Made by a program: the position numbers and the translations under genes
The notes under the pieces: generated by a model
What the model was told of the DNA's origin: nothing
The model's input: the letters and a program-made list of their open reading frames with translations, nothing else
Database searches by the model: none
Assembly: GCA_951406725.2 (NCBI GenBank)
Contig: OX597823.1
Coordinates: forward strand, 50,406,001 to 50,470,000
DNA: 64,000 nt
DNA from: Octopus vulgaris
Taxonomy: Eukaryota
Direction of reading: 5' to 3'
Shown here: piece after piece, positions 24,945-41,960 of the stretch
Layout: each line of letters starts with the position of its first letter
Numbering within the stretch: the stretch's first letter is position 1

Positions 24945-27159
24945 ATTACAAGTTAATAGTAAGAAAAAAGAAGCAACAATAAATATGACTGAAACAAGTA
25001 GAAGAAATCTGTGAAAGGTATTTTATTTCATTTAGAGGGCACTGACTGACTGTTATGTACTTATTAAACACAGAAGTTGTGAGAGCAGCTCTGAATTTAA
25101 ACTTGAAATCGGTTTGTAGGCATCTCTCGGCCCAGAGATGAAATTATGGAAACGACTGAAGTTCACACGTCAGCAGTTGCCGACAAGAAAAACTGACTTG
25201 CAGTGTTTCAGATATTTATGAAATACGTTAACTCCTGGACTACAGAAGCTCTTTTAACTCATGTCCCAGGAGCGTATTTGAAGTTTGGAACCCACTGCGA
25301 AGATTCTTAGCGCAATAATATCATTTCATTTCCTTTAATGTAGTGAAAAAAAAAAAAAAAGAAAGAGAAAAAGAAAAAAATGGAAAACGAAAATAAAAAG
25401 ATGTCAATATCTTTGGCAGGGCCTAATAGAAAACCAAATAACTTTGATTTAATCCTTCTGCAGAATCTTACGACCTTCACCCAATGACATCCAAGAAATA
25501 AATCTAGTGCATCTTGCTTGTCTTAATTCAGTTCATAGAAATGATGAAATTTCAATGGAATTTATAGCTTGGTTACATCATGGAAAACTTCCACCCACCA
25601 ACCAGTATTTCACATCCACACCTATCTAATTTATTTCATCTGTTCTGTGTCTTTACTTTCTTCTCAATAACTTCTCTTAGTTGCATCTGTCTCTCTCTGT
25701 CTCTGTCTCTCTGTCTGTCTGTCTCTCTCTCTACTACACATACTCTTCCGCTCTCTCTCTCTCTCTTCCCTCCTGCCCGATTCATTTTCTTCACCAATAA
25801 CCGCTTTCATAATCAACGCCAGTGACTTTGGGATGATAATCATAATAAATTAGATTTCTCCCGCAACCATCTAATGAACTTTAGCAATTCTCTTGATGTA
25901 CGAACCCAACACTCAGGTAACTGTTCTTTCTACCGGGTTTTCAGAAACCCGGTTTGGTTGTTAACGAAAGTTGAGAGCTTGTCAAAGAAAGGTACGTGTA
26001 CAAACACGCACGGACGCGAGCGCGAGCGCGCTCATCGACGCTCACACACACACACAGATACACACACATACATACAGGCAAATACGTACATATACACCAC
26101 ACACACTCACACAAGAACTCCTGTACACTCACATACACACACACACACTTAAATATTCATACACACTTCATAAGCGTCATTAAGAAACACGCACGCGCAC
26201 ACAAACACGTGTGTGTATGTATGTGTGTGTGTGTTAGGTTTGTGTATGTGTGTGCCTCTGTGCGCATGTGTGTCTGTGCGCATGTGTGTGTAGTTTTTGT
26301 ATTTGTTTCACAGGTGTCTTGGGATGTAATCTTAAATTATATTTATTAACACTTATTCTATCCTGTTGCTTAATTCATTTTATTGCGGCCACGCTGGAGC
26401 ACCGCCATGATAAGTTTAGTCGATGGATTTGACCCCAGTACTTATTTGAAGTGGTGGGGGTGTCGCAAAGCCATGGGGATGTAACCAAATCAACACGAGT
26501 TTTCAAGTGCTGAACGACAAACACAAATGCTCACACGCATACACTTATGTGTAAAAACGAAAGAAAAGAGAACTTAGTACGTGAAGTAGAGTATATTTGT
26601 TGGAAAATACCAGACATTCAATCCAGTGTAACTCAGAGTTTTAGACACACGCACGCGCGCGCACACACACAAGCACGTATACAGACACATACACGCACAA
26701 GCACACGCAGACGCACACACACATACGCATACGCTCACGTACGCACGAAGTATATATATTTAGTGTTTCAGACGATATAAAAATTGGCGGTATTATATCA
26801 TATGACATTTGTAAAGTCAGTGCTTATAGGTGGAGGTTGGTAATGTGATCGATTTACAGATAGCAGAGTTACTGTTCTTGTCCTACAGTTGTGTAGAAGG
26901 AAACTACTTAGTCTATGGTCATCAGTGTTGACAGCAATTACTCCACGATCTAGCTATAGCCAGACTGAAGATTTCGGATGGCTGGAATTTATTTCAGGAA
27001 AAATTTTCAACGGAAACAGCATATCTCCAGTTCTTCTGTGCTTTTGGTTAAGAGCTGCCGCAAGGTGTTTCAGGATGTAAAACTTTTCGGCTAGGCAAAG
27101 CCTACAGTCGTGTGTTCCGCTAGAGTATGCGAGAGAAATATATATATATATTTATATTA

Positions 27160-27365
27160 TCTTTTACTTGTTTCAGTCATTGGACTGTGGCAATGCTGGG
27201 GCATCGCATTGAAGTGTTTAGTGGAACAAATCAACCCCAATGGCTACTTTTAAAGTCCCGTACCTATTTTATCGGACTTCTTTGCTGAACCGCTAAGCTA
27301 TAGGGGCGTAAACAGACCAACACCGGTTGTCAAGCGGTGGCGTGAGACAAACACAAATACAAAGA
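27160..27365 (-). mobile_element. SINE family A 3' half
   Basis: Homology to the family A tail. Confidence 0.8.
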
Positions 27366-27699
27366 CACATTTCTTTCTTTAATCATCCCTGCCATTTTTC
27401 TTGCCTTAAATACTCACACAGCGTTGCTCCTTCCTAAATTTGCAACAGTCTGGAAATCTCAGCCTGCCCATATTCTCATCTCTACGCAGCAGGATTAGTT
27501 TACTGAAGTTTGGTGCTAAGTATTGTGTGCGGAATGTTAAAAATGATAGCCTAGAGTTCCGCCCTAAAAGGCATGTGTCTCTCATACGCTTAGCATTGCA
27601 GCAGAAATCATCAAGAAATGTGATGGTCTTAGTGAAAAGCTTTAGTTTAACTTTTAACAATAGCTTAACAATATATATATATATAGAAACGCATATACC

Positions 27700-30815
<3,116 letters not shown>

Positions 30816-30942
30816 GCAAGGAAAAATTGTAAAAAGGCAGAATGCTAAATTGATTTCCTTGCTTATCATTTCTGCCTTTTTACAATTTTTTCCTTGCTTA
30901 TCATTTCTCCACGTGCGGTCAACACAACCCCACCATTTATTG

Positions 30943-30987
<45 letters not shown>

Positions 30988-31012
30988 CATACTCACGTGG
31001 TTTATATATATA

Positions 31013-31134
31013 GGCGCAGGCACATGGGTGTGTGGTAAGTAGCTTGCTTACCAACCACATGGTTCCAAATTCAGTCCCACTGCGTGGCACCTTGTGAATG
31101 GATCTGATAGACGGAAACTGAAAGAATCCTGTGG

Positions 31135-31211
<77 letters not shown>

Positions 31212-31464
31212 GTGTGTGCGCGCGTTTGTGTGTGTGTGTGTGTGCGCGTGCGTGTGAGTACATATGTTTGTGTGTCTGTGTTTGCTCCCCATCATCGCTT
31301 AACAACCGATGTTGCTGTGTTCACATCCACGTAACTTAGCGGTTCTGCAAAAGACACCCATAGAATAAGTACTAGGCTCCCAAGGAATAAACCCTGGGGT
31401 CGATTCGTTCGACTAAAGGCGGTGCTCCAGCATGGCTGCAGTCAAATGGCTGAAACAAATAACA

Positions 31465-31468
<4 letters not shown>
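31013..31468 (+). mobile_element. SINE family A with expanded internal (TG)n
   Basis: Family A head and tail. Confidence 0.88.
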
Positions 31469-31517
<49 letters not shown>

Positions 31518-31836
31518 TACATACATATATATACATACATACGCACACACACACACACATATATATACAATCAATACAAACAGCTAGGCGCAATGTAATA
31601 CCATAAAGGAAAAATTTAATCTTTACTACATGTAACTGAGGGTGCCGAAACGCCTAAATTAATATAAACTAGAAATCAATATAAATTAATATAATTTTTC
31701 CTTTATGGTATTACATTGCACCGAACCATCTATAATAATTTTAGTATTAGGGTTTCACTAAATTAGCCATAAATTTTTATGGTAGAAATATATATACTGG
31801 CAGAAGGAATTAACCAAAACCATCGATTGTTTGAGT

Positions 31837-31890
31837 AATCACTACTGATGATGTCTACAAAATAGACGAAACTAGTCTAGTCTAGTGATT
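31837..31890 (+). ncRNA. Complete type I hammerhead ribozyme motif
   Basis: aatcacta-CTGATGA-T-gtcta(caaaa)tagac-GAAA-cta(gtc)tag-TC-tagtgatt. Stem I is 8 bp, stem II is 5 bp, stem III is 4 bp including A15.1-U16.1, and cleavage follows GUC at 31882. Confidence 0.85.
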
Positions 31891-32196
31891 CTAAAGACGG
31901 TCATGGGGTGGTTATCTTCCCTCTCAGTGTATGTATATCTCTTTACTCTTTTACTTGTTTCAGTCATTTGACTGTGACAATGCTGGAGCACCGCCCTTAG
32001 TCGAACAAATCAACCCCAGGACCTATTTTTTGTAAGTCTAGTGCTTATTCTATCCGTCTCTTTTACCGAACCGCTAATATATTTATATATGTATATATAG
32101 TGCTCTCTTCTTAAAAGATAAAGAGCTTTTAGCTCTTATCTATAGCAATGTAGGTATATCGGCTATATTTAGTGGCGATTAGATTTTTCTTACACA

Positions 32197-32245
<49 letters not shown>

Positions 32246-32291
32246 TCACACACACACACACAGGCAACACACACAGGCACATTATATATGT

Positions 32292-32474
32292 ACTCTTTTA
32301 CTCTTTTACTTGTTTCAGTCATTTGACTGGGTCCATGATGGAGCAACACCTTCTAATCGAGCAAATCGAACCCAGGATTTATTCTTTGTAAGCCCAATCG
32401 GTCCCTTTTGCCGAACCGCTAAGTTACGGGGACGTAAATACACCAGAATCGGTTGTCAAGCGATGTTGAGGGTG

Positions 32475-32521
<47 letters not shown>

Positions 32522-33048
32522 GATATATACGACAGGCTTCTTTCAGCTTCCATCTACCAAATTCACTCACAAGGCTATGGTCAGCCCGTGGCTATAGTGG
32601 TTAGGGCAGCGAACTAGCAGTCATAAGATCGCGGTTTCGATTCCCAGACCGGGCGTTGTGAGTGTTTATTGAGCGAAAACACCCAAAGCTCCACGAGGCT
32701 CTGGCAGGGGATGGTGGTGATCCCTGCTGTACTCTTTCACCACAACTTTCTCTCACTCTTACTTCCTGTTTCTCTTGTACCTGTATTTCAAAGGGCCGGC
32801 CTTGTCACTCTCTGTGTCACGCTGAATATCCCCGAGAACTACGTTAAGGGTACACGTGTCTGTGGAGTGCTCAGTCACTTACACGTTAATTTCACGAGCA
32901 GGCTGTTCCGTTGATTCGGATCAACCGGAACCCTCATCGTCGTAACCGACGGAGTGCTTCCAATAGTAGAAGACACTTACCCAAGGTGCCACGCAGTGGA
33001 ACTGAACCCGGAACCAAGCTACTTACCACACAGCCACTCTTATGCCTA
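32292..33048 (-). mobile_element. SINE family A interrupted by a family D SINE
   Basis: The family A sequence resumes at tagtagaagacac (about 32964) after the insertion. Confidence 0.85.
32596..32962 (+). mobile_element. SINE family D (head D + tail 2), nested
   Basis: tagtggttagggcagcg...ggtttcgattccc head and tail ...cgtaaccgacggagtgc. Confidence 0.88.
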
Positions 33049-33057
33049 TATATGTAT

Positions 33058-33500
33058 TTTACGTGTTTTTTGTTTCAGTCTTTAGACTGCTGCCATGCCG
33101 GGGAACTTCTTTGAAAGTTTTAGTCGCATAAATCGACCCCACTATCAATTTTTAAGCTCAGTACTTATTCTATCGCTGTCTATATTGCCAAACTGCTAGC
33201 TTACGAGTACGAATAGAAACCAACACCGGTTTCAAAGAATTGAGGAGGACAAACACAAATACAGACTCACACACAGGTAGATAGATAGATACACACATAC
33301 ACATAATCACACACACACGCTCAAACACCCACATACACATATATACTCACTTCTTTCAGATTCCTTCTGCTAAATCTACTCACGAGGCTTTGGTCGACTC
33401 GGGGCTATAGTAGGAGACACTTGTACAAGATGCCACGCTGTGGGACTGAACCGCGGACCATGTGGTTGGGTAGCAAACGTCTTACCGCACAACCGCGCTC
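33058..33500 (-). mobile_element. Older SINE family A copy
   Basis: Diverged homology to family A. Confidence 0.8.
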
Positions 33501-33720
33501 GCATACACGCACACACATACAGACAAAAAGAGTTTTGTTAAGGTAAGATCAACAAAAAAGTACTTTATCCCGTGAGAGATAAAGAGATACTGTGCACTGT
33601 ATTGAAATAAGACCTACTAATAGTTTCATACTCTAGCATGGCCACAGTATATGAAAATAGCAAAACAGGCAAAACAAGTAAAAGATAAGATGTATATATA
33701 TATATCCAGCGGTGGTGCCC

Positions 33721-33819
33721 CAGCATGGCCGCGGCCTTCGGGCTAAAACATTTTAAAGGATTTTTAAGGATTTATCCTTAAATCCTTAAAAATGTTTTAG
33801 CCCGAAGGCCGCGGCCATG

Positions 33820-33822
<3 letters not shown>
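33721..33822. repeat. Inverted repeat of a retroposon 3' tail
   Basis: cagcatggccgcggccttcgggctaaaacatttt ... aaaatgttttagcccgaaggccgcggccatgctg. Confidence 0.9.
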
Positions 33823-33872
<50 letters not shown>

Positions 33873-34356
33873 GACGAATGTCGGACACCTGTCGGTTAAA
33901 ATGCCGTTACATAGATGTGTGTTTGCGCGCATACATACATACATACATACATACATACACCATGTATTTATACATACGTATACATGCATATATACATATA
34001 TAGAGCCAATAGATCAGTTCCAGAGATGTTCGATGTAGAAAACAGTTTTACCAATCAACTGGTAATAATGAGTAATCTAGCGACGAAATAGCGTCCCGCC
34101 CTTTGGATATATATATATTCTTTCTTTTACTCTTTCCTTTATTTGTGTCAGTGATTTGACTGCGACCATGCTGGAGCACCGCTTTTTTAGTCGTACAAAA
34201 AAACCCCCAGTACTTACTCTTTGTAAGCGTAGAACTTATTCTATCGGTCTTATGTGCCGGACCGCTAAGTTACGGGCACGGAAACACACCAACATCGGTT
34301 GTCGAGCGATGGTGGGGGACAAACACAGACACAAAAAGATACATACATACATATAC

Positions 34357-34478
<122 letters not shown>

Positions 34479-34505
34479 TGCTATATTTCGGAATGGTCAT
34501 ATTGC

Positions 34506-34541
<36 letters not shown>

Positions 34542-34630
34542 TACCGTGGCCTAGCGTGTAGAAAAACTAGTCAATAGACTATATATTATTCATTATATAT
34601 GCAGTGTACATTTAAACGAGATAACGAGTA

Positions 34631-36089
34631 GGGTGGTCACTCTCGCCCGGCAATGGGCCGAGAGGAAACTGTCCCTAAAAGGTCGGGCGAAGGTGGCGAA
34701 CACGTACATCGCGTCCATCATCTACTACCGCCTGACCGTCGTGCCTTGTCCCGACCCTACCACCACCAAACTAGAATGCATTCTCTTCCACTTCTTGTGG
34801 AAAGGTTGCGTCCCGATGGTCAGGCGATGCATTTGCTGTCAACACCCGTTAAAAGGAGGGCTGGGCATGCCGTGGTTGATGATGCGCAGACATGCGCTGA
34901 GACTGCGACATCTCCGGCTCTATGTAGACGACGGTGAACAGGTGTGGTCGCCGTTTGTGAGGCACGCGTTCCCGCAACTCGTCTCCATGACCGAACTGCA
35001 GTCGTGGATCAAAAAGAGGCCGAGGAAGGGCGAATGGCACCGCGAGTGTCGCGTTGCTCTCAAGCAACTCTGCCGTCCCGGGTCGACCTTGAGTGACTTC
35101 AACACAACCAAAGCATTCTATAGAGGATTAGTGGAGGGGAGGTACGACGACGATCTTGGGGCAAACCTGGGCGTCGACGAGGAATACCTGACCCGCCTGT
35201 TTGAAACGACTTTCGGGCCGGGACCTATGGACAACTTCCAGAGATCCCTGGCCTGGCGGTGCTACCGAAAAGCGCTACCCGTTCGGGATAAGCTCTATAG
35301 GCATGGCTCGAGAAACACGGGGCCTACCTGCCCGAGATGCGGGCAGAGCGACGAAACCACTCTGCACGCAATCGTGCAGTGTCCAGCAATTTCCGACCTG
35401 TGGGCTTATGTCGAACGACTGCTGTCACGTGTGGGACGTGTCGGTTTATCAGCCGAGTCTATCGTTAATATCGTCACGCCTCCTTCCTTCAAACGGGAAG
35501 GAAGAGCTATTTTTATCATACTTGTGGCTATGGCGAAAGAATGTATCTTTCCTCTCTGGTCAATCTCTCATCAACTTCTTCAAGTATCACTTGAAGAGGA
35601 AAGTGAGAGTAGAGAGGCAAGTTTTGTCTAGTGAATGTTTTAAAAAAAGATGGGTGAATGTAGCAAGGATGGCACGTATGAATGACGAAGCCACCTTGAC
35701 TATGATTCTATGAATCGTAAAAATTAATACAGAGAGTTGCTTATTTGCAAAAAAAAAAGAAATATAACATGTGACTTCCATTGACCGAGGTTACCGTGGC
35801 CTTTTCCGTAGGCTTTTCTTTCCACGGGTAAACCTCACCTGTCCTCCCCTTTACACTTCATATTGACATTTCTGTGATAACGATCCCTATTGATCAATTT
35901 TTTTTCCTTCCCCTTTTCTTCTCCCCACCCTTTTTTTTCAAATTTTATCCCCCCCTTTTTTGTCCTCTTTCTTTCCCTTTACGATCCCTTTTGATCGAAA
36001 ACCAAACCCCCTTTTTTTACCCCCAAAAGAAAAGCTCTACTTTGTAATTTGTTCTGTCTGTGTGCAGCCCTGTGTGGCTAATAAAGAAA
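34631..36089 (+). mobile_element. 5'-truncated Tx1/L1-clade LINE (ORF2 C-terminus and 3' UTR)
   Basis: GC-rich block that contains ORF 34633-35631, a pyrimidine-rich 3' UTR and the terminal aataaagaaa. Confidence 0.9.
34633..35713 (+). pseudogene. LINE ORF2 post-RT region with zf-RVT-type CCHC finger, frameshifted near 35550
   Basis: W..RKLSLKGR..VAN, FLWKG, KGGLGMP, LPVRDKL and CPRCGQSDETTLHAIVQC are motifs characteristic of L1/Tx1 ORF2. RT and endonuclease are absent. Confidence 0.9.
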
Positions 36090-36674
36090 CATATCTATCT
36101 ACCTATCCATCTGTTAAAAAATACAACTCAGTCTGTCTTTTACATACACACACATATAAACACAAACACACACAATACACACACACACATAAACGCACAC
36201 ACATACACGCGCACGCACACACACACACATAAACGCACACATACACACACACACACACTTCACAAACATACACCCACTTACATCTATATACATATATATA
36301 TTCGCGCACAAAAACGTGTTTGATAAAAACTGTGCTATTTTTTGTTTCCTGTGATGTTCGATGCAAAGATCGTTTGTTACAGAGAAGAGGTCAGTGAGAC
36401 ACAGACAGACTACAAAAGAATGTCGACGCACGGAGCCTTTGTTGGATTTGTCCCACTAACCTTTTTCTTCTTTCCGAACGATCTTTCCGGTGATAAATCA
36501 GAGAAAAAAAAAAGAAAACAAAAAAGAAGAAAAGGAGCACTCAAAACAATAAGACTTGTTTTTGTAGAACGAATTACTGGGAGATGAAGTCTTTTCAAAT
36601 ATTGTTCCCATGCTTCAAATTTCACATAAGAAAGAAAAGAATAAAACAAAAGCAAAACAAAAACAGATCTACTG

Positions 36675-36771
<97 letters not shown>

Positions 36772-36975
36772 CATACATACATACTTACATACATAAGTCT
36801 GTCTGTCTGTCTGTCTGTATGTATGTATGTAATTATATATGTCTATACTCTCTTACTCTTTCACTTGTTTTAGTCATTTTGACTGCGCCCATGCTGGAGC
36901 ACCGCCTTTAATCGAACAAACAGGCACCCATATATAAGTATATAATGCATACATATATATAAATGAAAATGTATG

Positions 36976-37042
<67 letters not shown>

Positions 37043-37195
37043 ATATATATATATATATATATAAATGTATATATGTATATATATATAAATGTATACGTAT
37101 GTATATGTATATACGTATACTTACATGTATATGAATGTATGTATATGTATGTAAATGCAGACACATTTACATACATGCTTATATATGAGTATACA

Positions 37196-37225
<30 letters not shown>

Positions 37226-37226
<1 letters not shown>

Positions 37227-37820
37227 AGAGAGTTCACGAGAAAAAAAAACAAAAGACGAAGACAGGTGGAGTAGAAAACAAACAGATATATTAGTATAAT
37301 GCTCAGGAATAGAAAAGGTCTTTAACGTTTCGAGCATATGCTCTTCTACTGAAAGGGACACAGAAAAAAAAAAACAAGGAGAGAAGCAAGGAGAGAAAAA
37401 ATGTGTGTAGTGGCTACTGATCTATCATGTATAAATATAAATATATGTGTGTGTGTGTGCGTATTGAAGAGCGTAGGCTCAAAACGTAAAAGACTTTTTC
37501 ATTTTTCATTTTCCGAGCGTCAAATTAATACACCTGCTTGTTATTCATACACCTGTCTTCATCTTTTGTTCTTCTATAAATTTCATTATTATATATATTT
37601 CCAAAATGTAACTACATGTGGATTCTTGGCGATTTTTCCCCTTCTTCTTCTTTTCTCTTGAACTTTTCTTTGTCTCCTGTTTCTGAAGAAGAGCTTTGTA
37701 CGAAACGTAAAAACCCTTTCTTTCCTTCCCTAAGCATCTTTGAATATCTTGCACCCCCCATATCCTCGCGTTGTTTTTTTGTCTTGTTGTTTTTTACTTG
37801 TTTTTTAAAATTATTTTGGA
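37226..37820. mobile_element. PLE-LTR-like units in inverted and tandem arrangement with hammerhead-like modules
   Basis: A minus unit (motif 37320-37355), a plus unit from about 37465, and a third unit with CTGAAGA..GAAACGTA (37683-37709). Homologous to 745-1140 and bounded by (TA)n. Confidence 0.7.
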
Positions 37821-37872
37821 TTATATATATATATATATGTATGTATATGAATCAGTTTAATACACAACTGAA

Positions 37873-37963
37873 AGAGCTACAAAGTGTTTCATACTTTTAT
37901 GATACTTTAACTAGGCATGTTTGTAAAATAAGCCATGTATCTCCAAGGAATCTTTCAGGCTCT
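37873..37963 (-). ncRNA. Hammerhead-like motif with extended stem II
   Basis: agagc-CTGAAAGA-(~60 nt)-GAAA-ca(ctt)tg-TA-gctct. Stem I is 5 bp and the core has one extra nucleotide. Confidence 0.5.
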
Positions 37964-37972
37964 GTTTATGCG

Positions 37973-38049
<77 letters not shown>

Positions 38050-38050
<1 letters not shown>

Positions 38051-38790
38051 ATAAGGACGCTGGACAGTGAGAAAATAAGAAAATAAGATAGCAAAATAAA
38101 ACCCTTTGAGAATTTCAACACGCTGCTTAATTCCAGATAGGAAATTTTTAAAAGGTGTAAACACATTGACAAGTTTCTTTTGTCGAAATGGAGGTTACCA
38201 TTCGCTCCGGATTAAGTTGCTGTCTCGCAGACTTTGACATATTTTCTGTTGTTTTGTTCTATACCAGCTGTATTTAATTTTGGTTTCTGCAATTAGGGAG
38301 GACGGGGATCCGTTTCTGTGTTCTCGTTCCATTTTTTGCATCAACCTTATTCGCACTTTTTTTCTCAGTTTTTTTCTTCTTATTTTCTCATTGTCCACAA
38401 TCTTTATTTACAAAGGAAATAAATGTTTCGTCAAAAATTATATATTTTCGAACCCATGCGTCAATGGGATACTATTGAAGAGCGTTATTTCCTTTCGTTT
38501 AGAAACAAAGGTTTCTAATTAAGTATTAGGGACTTATCTAGGAATGAGACAATGACTATCGGAAATAAATCCGATGGGAACGTAGGTTTTGTACGTGTCC
38601 TCGACTGTCTTCTTATATCCACGCAATAAGCTTATCCTTTTCCATATTGCCATGTCAGTTTTGGAGAAACTTTTGATACTTGTGATGATCTCCCCTCCTC
38701 ATATGGCACTGGTCTCATTTGTCAGCTGGGAATTACAACACAACCTCTAGAGGTAGAGATAGTTTTAATAAATCAAGACTTTATGTTGTA
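38050..38790 (+). mobile_element. Penelope-like element 3' relic (ORF C-terminus and pLTR)
   Basis: The translation LLNSR*EIFKRCKHIDKFLL (about 38123-38182) resembles the LLNKRSE...CRH.NK..L end of PLE GIY-YIG ORFs. It starts at a (TA)n tract. Confidence 0.6.
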
Positions 38791-39202
38791 TGTTATTTGA
38801 TATGTCTGCATTTGTCTATGTTGTTCATATGGATAACTCTGCATTATTTCTCGTAACTCGTTTTTGTTTTATTTGTATAAATATATACGTATGCATGCCA
38901 GAACACTCTTAGTGCTATTGATAACATAACTCAGTATAACCTGCTGCGTAATCGGGCCATCGGTGACTAAATTGGCAACCCTACCAATCCTGTTTTGTAA
39001 TGATGATGGCCTTCGTTAGAGATCCTGCAGAACGAAAAACAAAGTTTTTCAAAGGACAGATGAACTCAGCTGCGTCAATAGGCATCCGACAGTTGAAAAT
39101 GAGAGACCCAGTAGTCTTTGTTTAGACATCTTTTCAGGACAGTGGTTCTGAACCGGGGTCCATATGACCGCTGGTAGTAGACCCCCTTCGGTCATGAATG
39201 GT

Positions 39203-40200
<998 letters not shown>

Positions 40201-40324
40201 ATGTATATTTTTTTGTTATATTTAGCGGAAGCAAAATAATGACAGTTTTGTGTGCAGGCACTTATCAAACATATTAATATATACATTATACATATACAAC
40301 CATATACACATCTTTGCTCTTTTC

Positions 40325-40671
40325 CTCCCACCTTTTCTCTCTCTCTCTCTCTCTTTCCCTCTCTCTCTCTCTCTCTCACACACACACAAATACAACCCAC
40401 TCCACCCCACACGCACGCACACATACATACACACATATAACTGCACCCACTCGCGCACTCACAAAGGCAAAATTTAAGCCATACATGTTTATAAACGAAC
40501 ACACACACGCACACATATACATACAGGCTCATACATAGACACACTCTCACACATACACACAGACACATACATACATAGGCAAATACACATATTCATGCTC
40601 ACACATATCACACATATACCCACATATATTCTATGCTTACATATTTATTTTCACATATACACACAACGACA

Positions 40672-40762
<91 letters not shown>

Positions 40763-41086
40763 ATATATAATATATGTAAGTATATATATATACATACATA
40801 TATATTATATATATATGTATATATACATATAATATATATATATACACCCACCCAGCCACCCACCCACCCACACACATATATGCATATATACATATATAGA
40901 TGTCCCATTTTTGTATTTTATATATATATATTTATATGTATGTATCTATCTATATCTATATCTATCTATGTATATATCTATGTGTGAGTGTGTGTGTGTG
41001 TGTTATATACACACGAATTCACAAATGCATTCAAATGCCAAATTCCATGCATACATATTTGCACACGCACACGCTCTATTACACAT

Positions 41087-41139
<53 letters not shown>

Positions 41140-41256
41140 TACTGACACATTTATGCAATCACTTCTACTCACTTTCATACATAGAATCACACCCGGAGAC
41201 CCCATCCACTTTTTCAACATAACCAGCCACCCTGGACAGTTACACACACTCGCACG

Positions 41257-41303
<47 letters not shown>

Positions 41304-41960
41304 GCATAAATTGATGCATAAACTGATGTACAGCCACACATACACACACACACTCTGTCTCTCTTTCTCTCTCTCTCTCCTCCCTCTCTCACACATGCAC
41401 ACATACACACTCTTACACACTTACACAAACATACTCTCTCTCCCTCCCTCTCTCTTTCTTTACATCTCTTTCCTTTTTTCACATACATTGCACATACACA
41501 CACGCACATGCACGCTCTTTATCTCATTGTTACTCTCACACGTATCACTCACACACATACACAAACACACGCACACATACATACACACATACACACACAC
41601 TCTCTTTCTCTTTCTCTGCATCTCTTTTCTTTCACACACACATACACGCGCTCTTTGTCTCTGTCTTTTTCTCACATATACACATGCACAAACAGTCTCC
41701 TCCCTCTCTCCCTTCACATACACACACACACATACACATAAACGCAATCACACACAATCACACACACACACACGCATATTTTTGTCTCTTTCCTTCTCTC
41801 ACACATACATACTCACACGCATACACAGACACACGCTCACTTTTTCGATCTCTCTCACCTTTCTCAAACACACACACACACACACACACACACGAGCACA
41901 TAAACACACAAACATAAATACACACACACACACACACACACCCATACACACATACACCCT
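40325..41960. repeat. Compound (CT)n/(CA)n/(TA)n microsatellite field
   Basis: Direct inspection. Confidence 0.93.

Noticed and set aside
27075-27110. Hammerhead-like hairpin plus GAAA on the minus strand (also 31635-31655 and about 38680-38740)
   Set aside because: The CUGANGA core or stem I is incomplete, so these are too degenerate to call.
27406-27660. Possible minus-strand exon ending at a GTGAGTA donor-like site near 27418
   Set aside because: There is no recognisable protein motif, and no clear acceptor or partner exons.
34653-35111. Overlapping alternative-frame ORFs within the LINE
   Set aside because: They are by-products of the GC-rich LINE ORF2 sequence.
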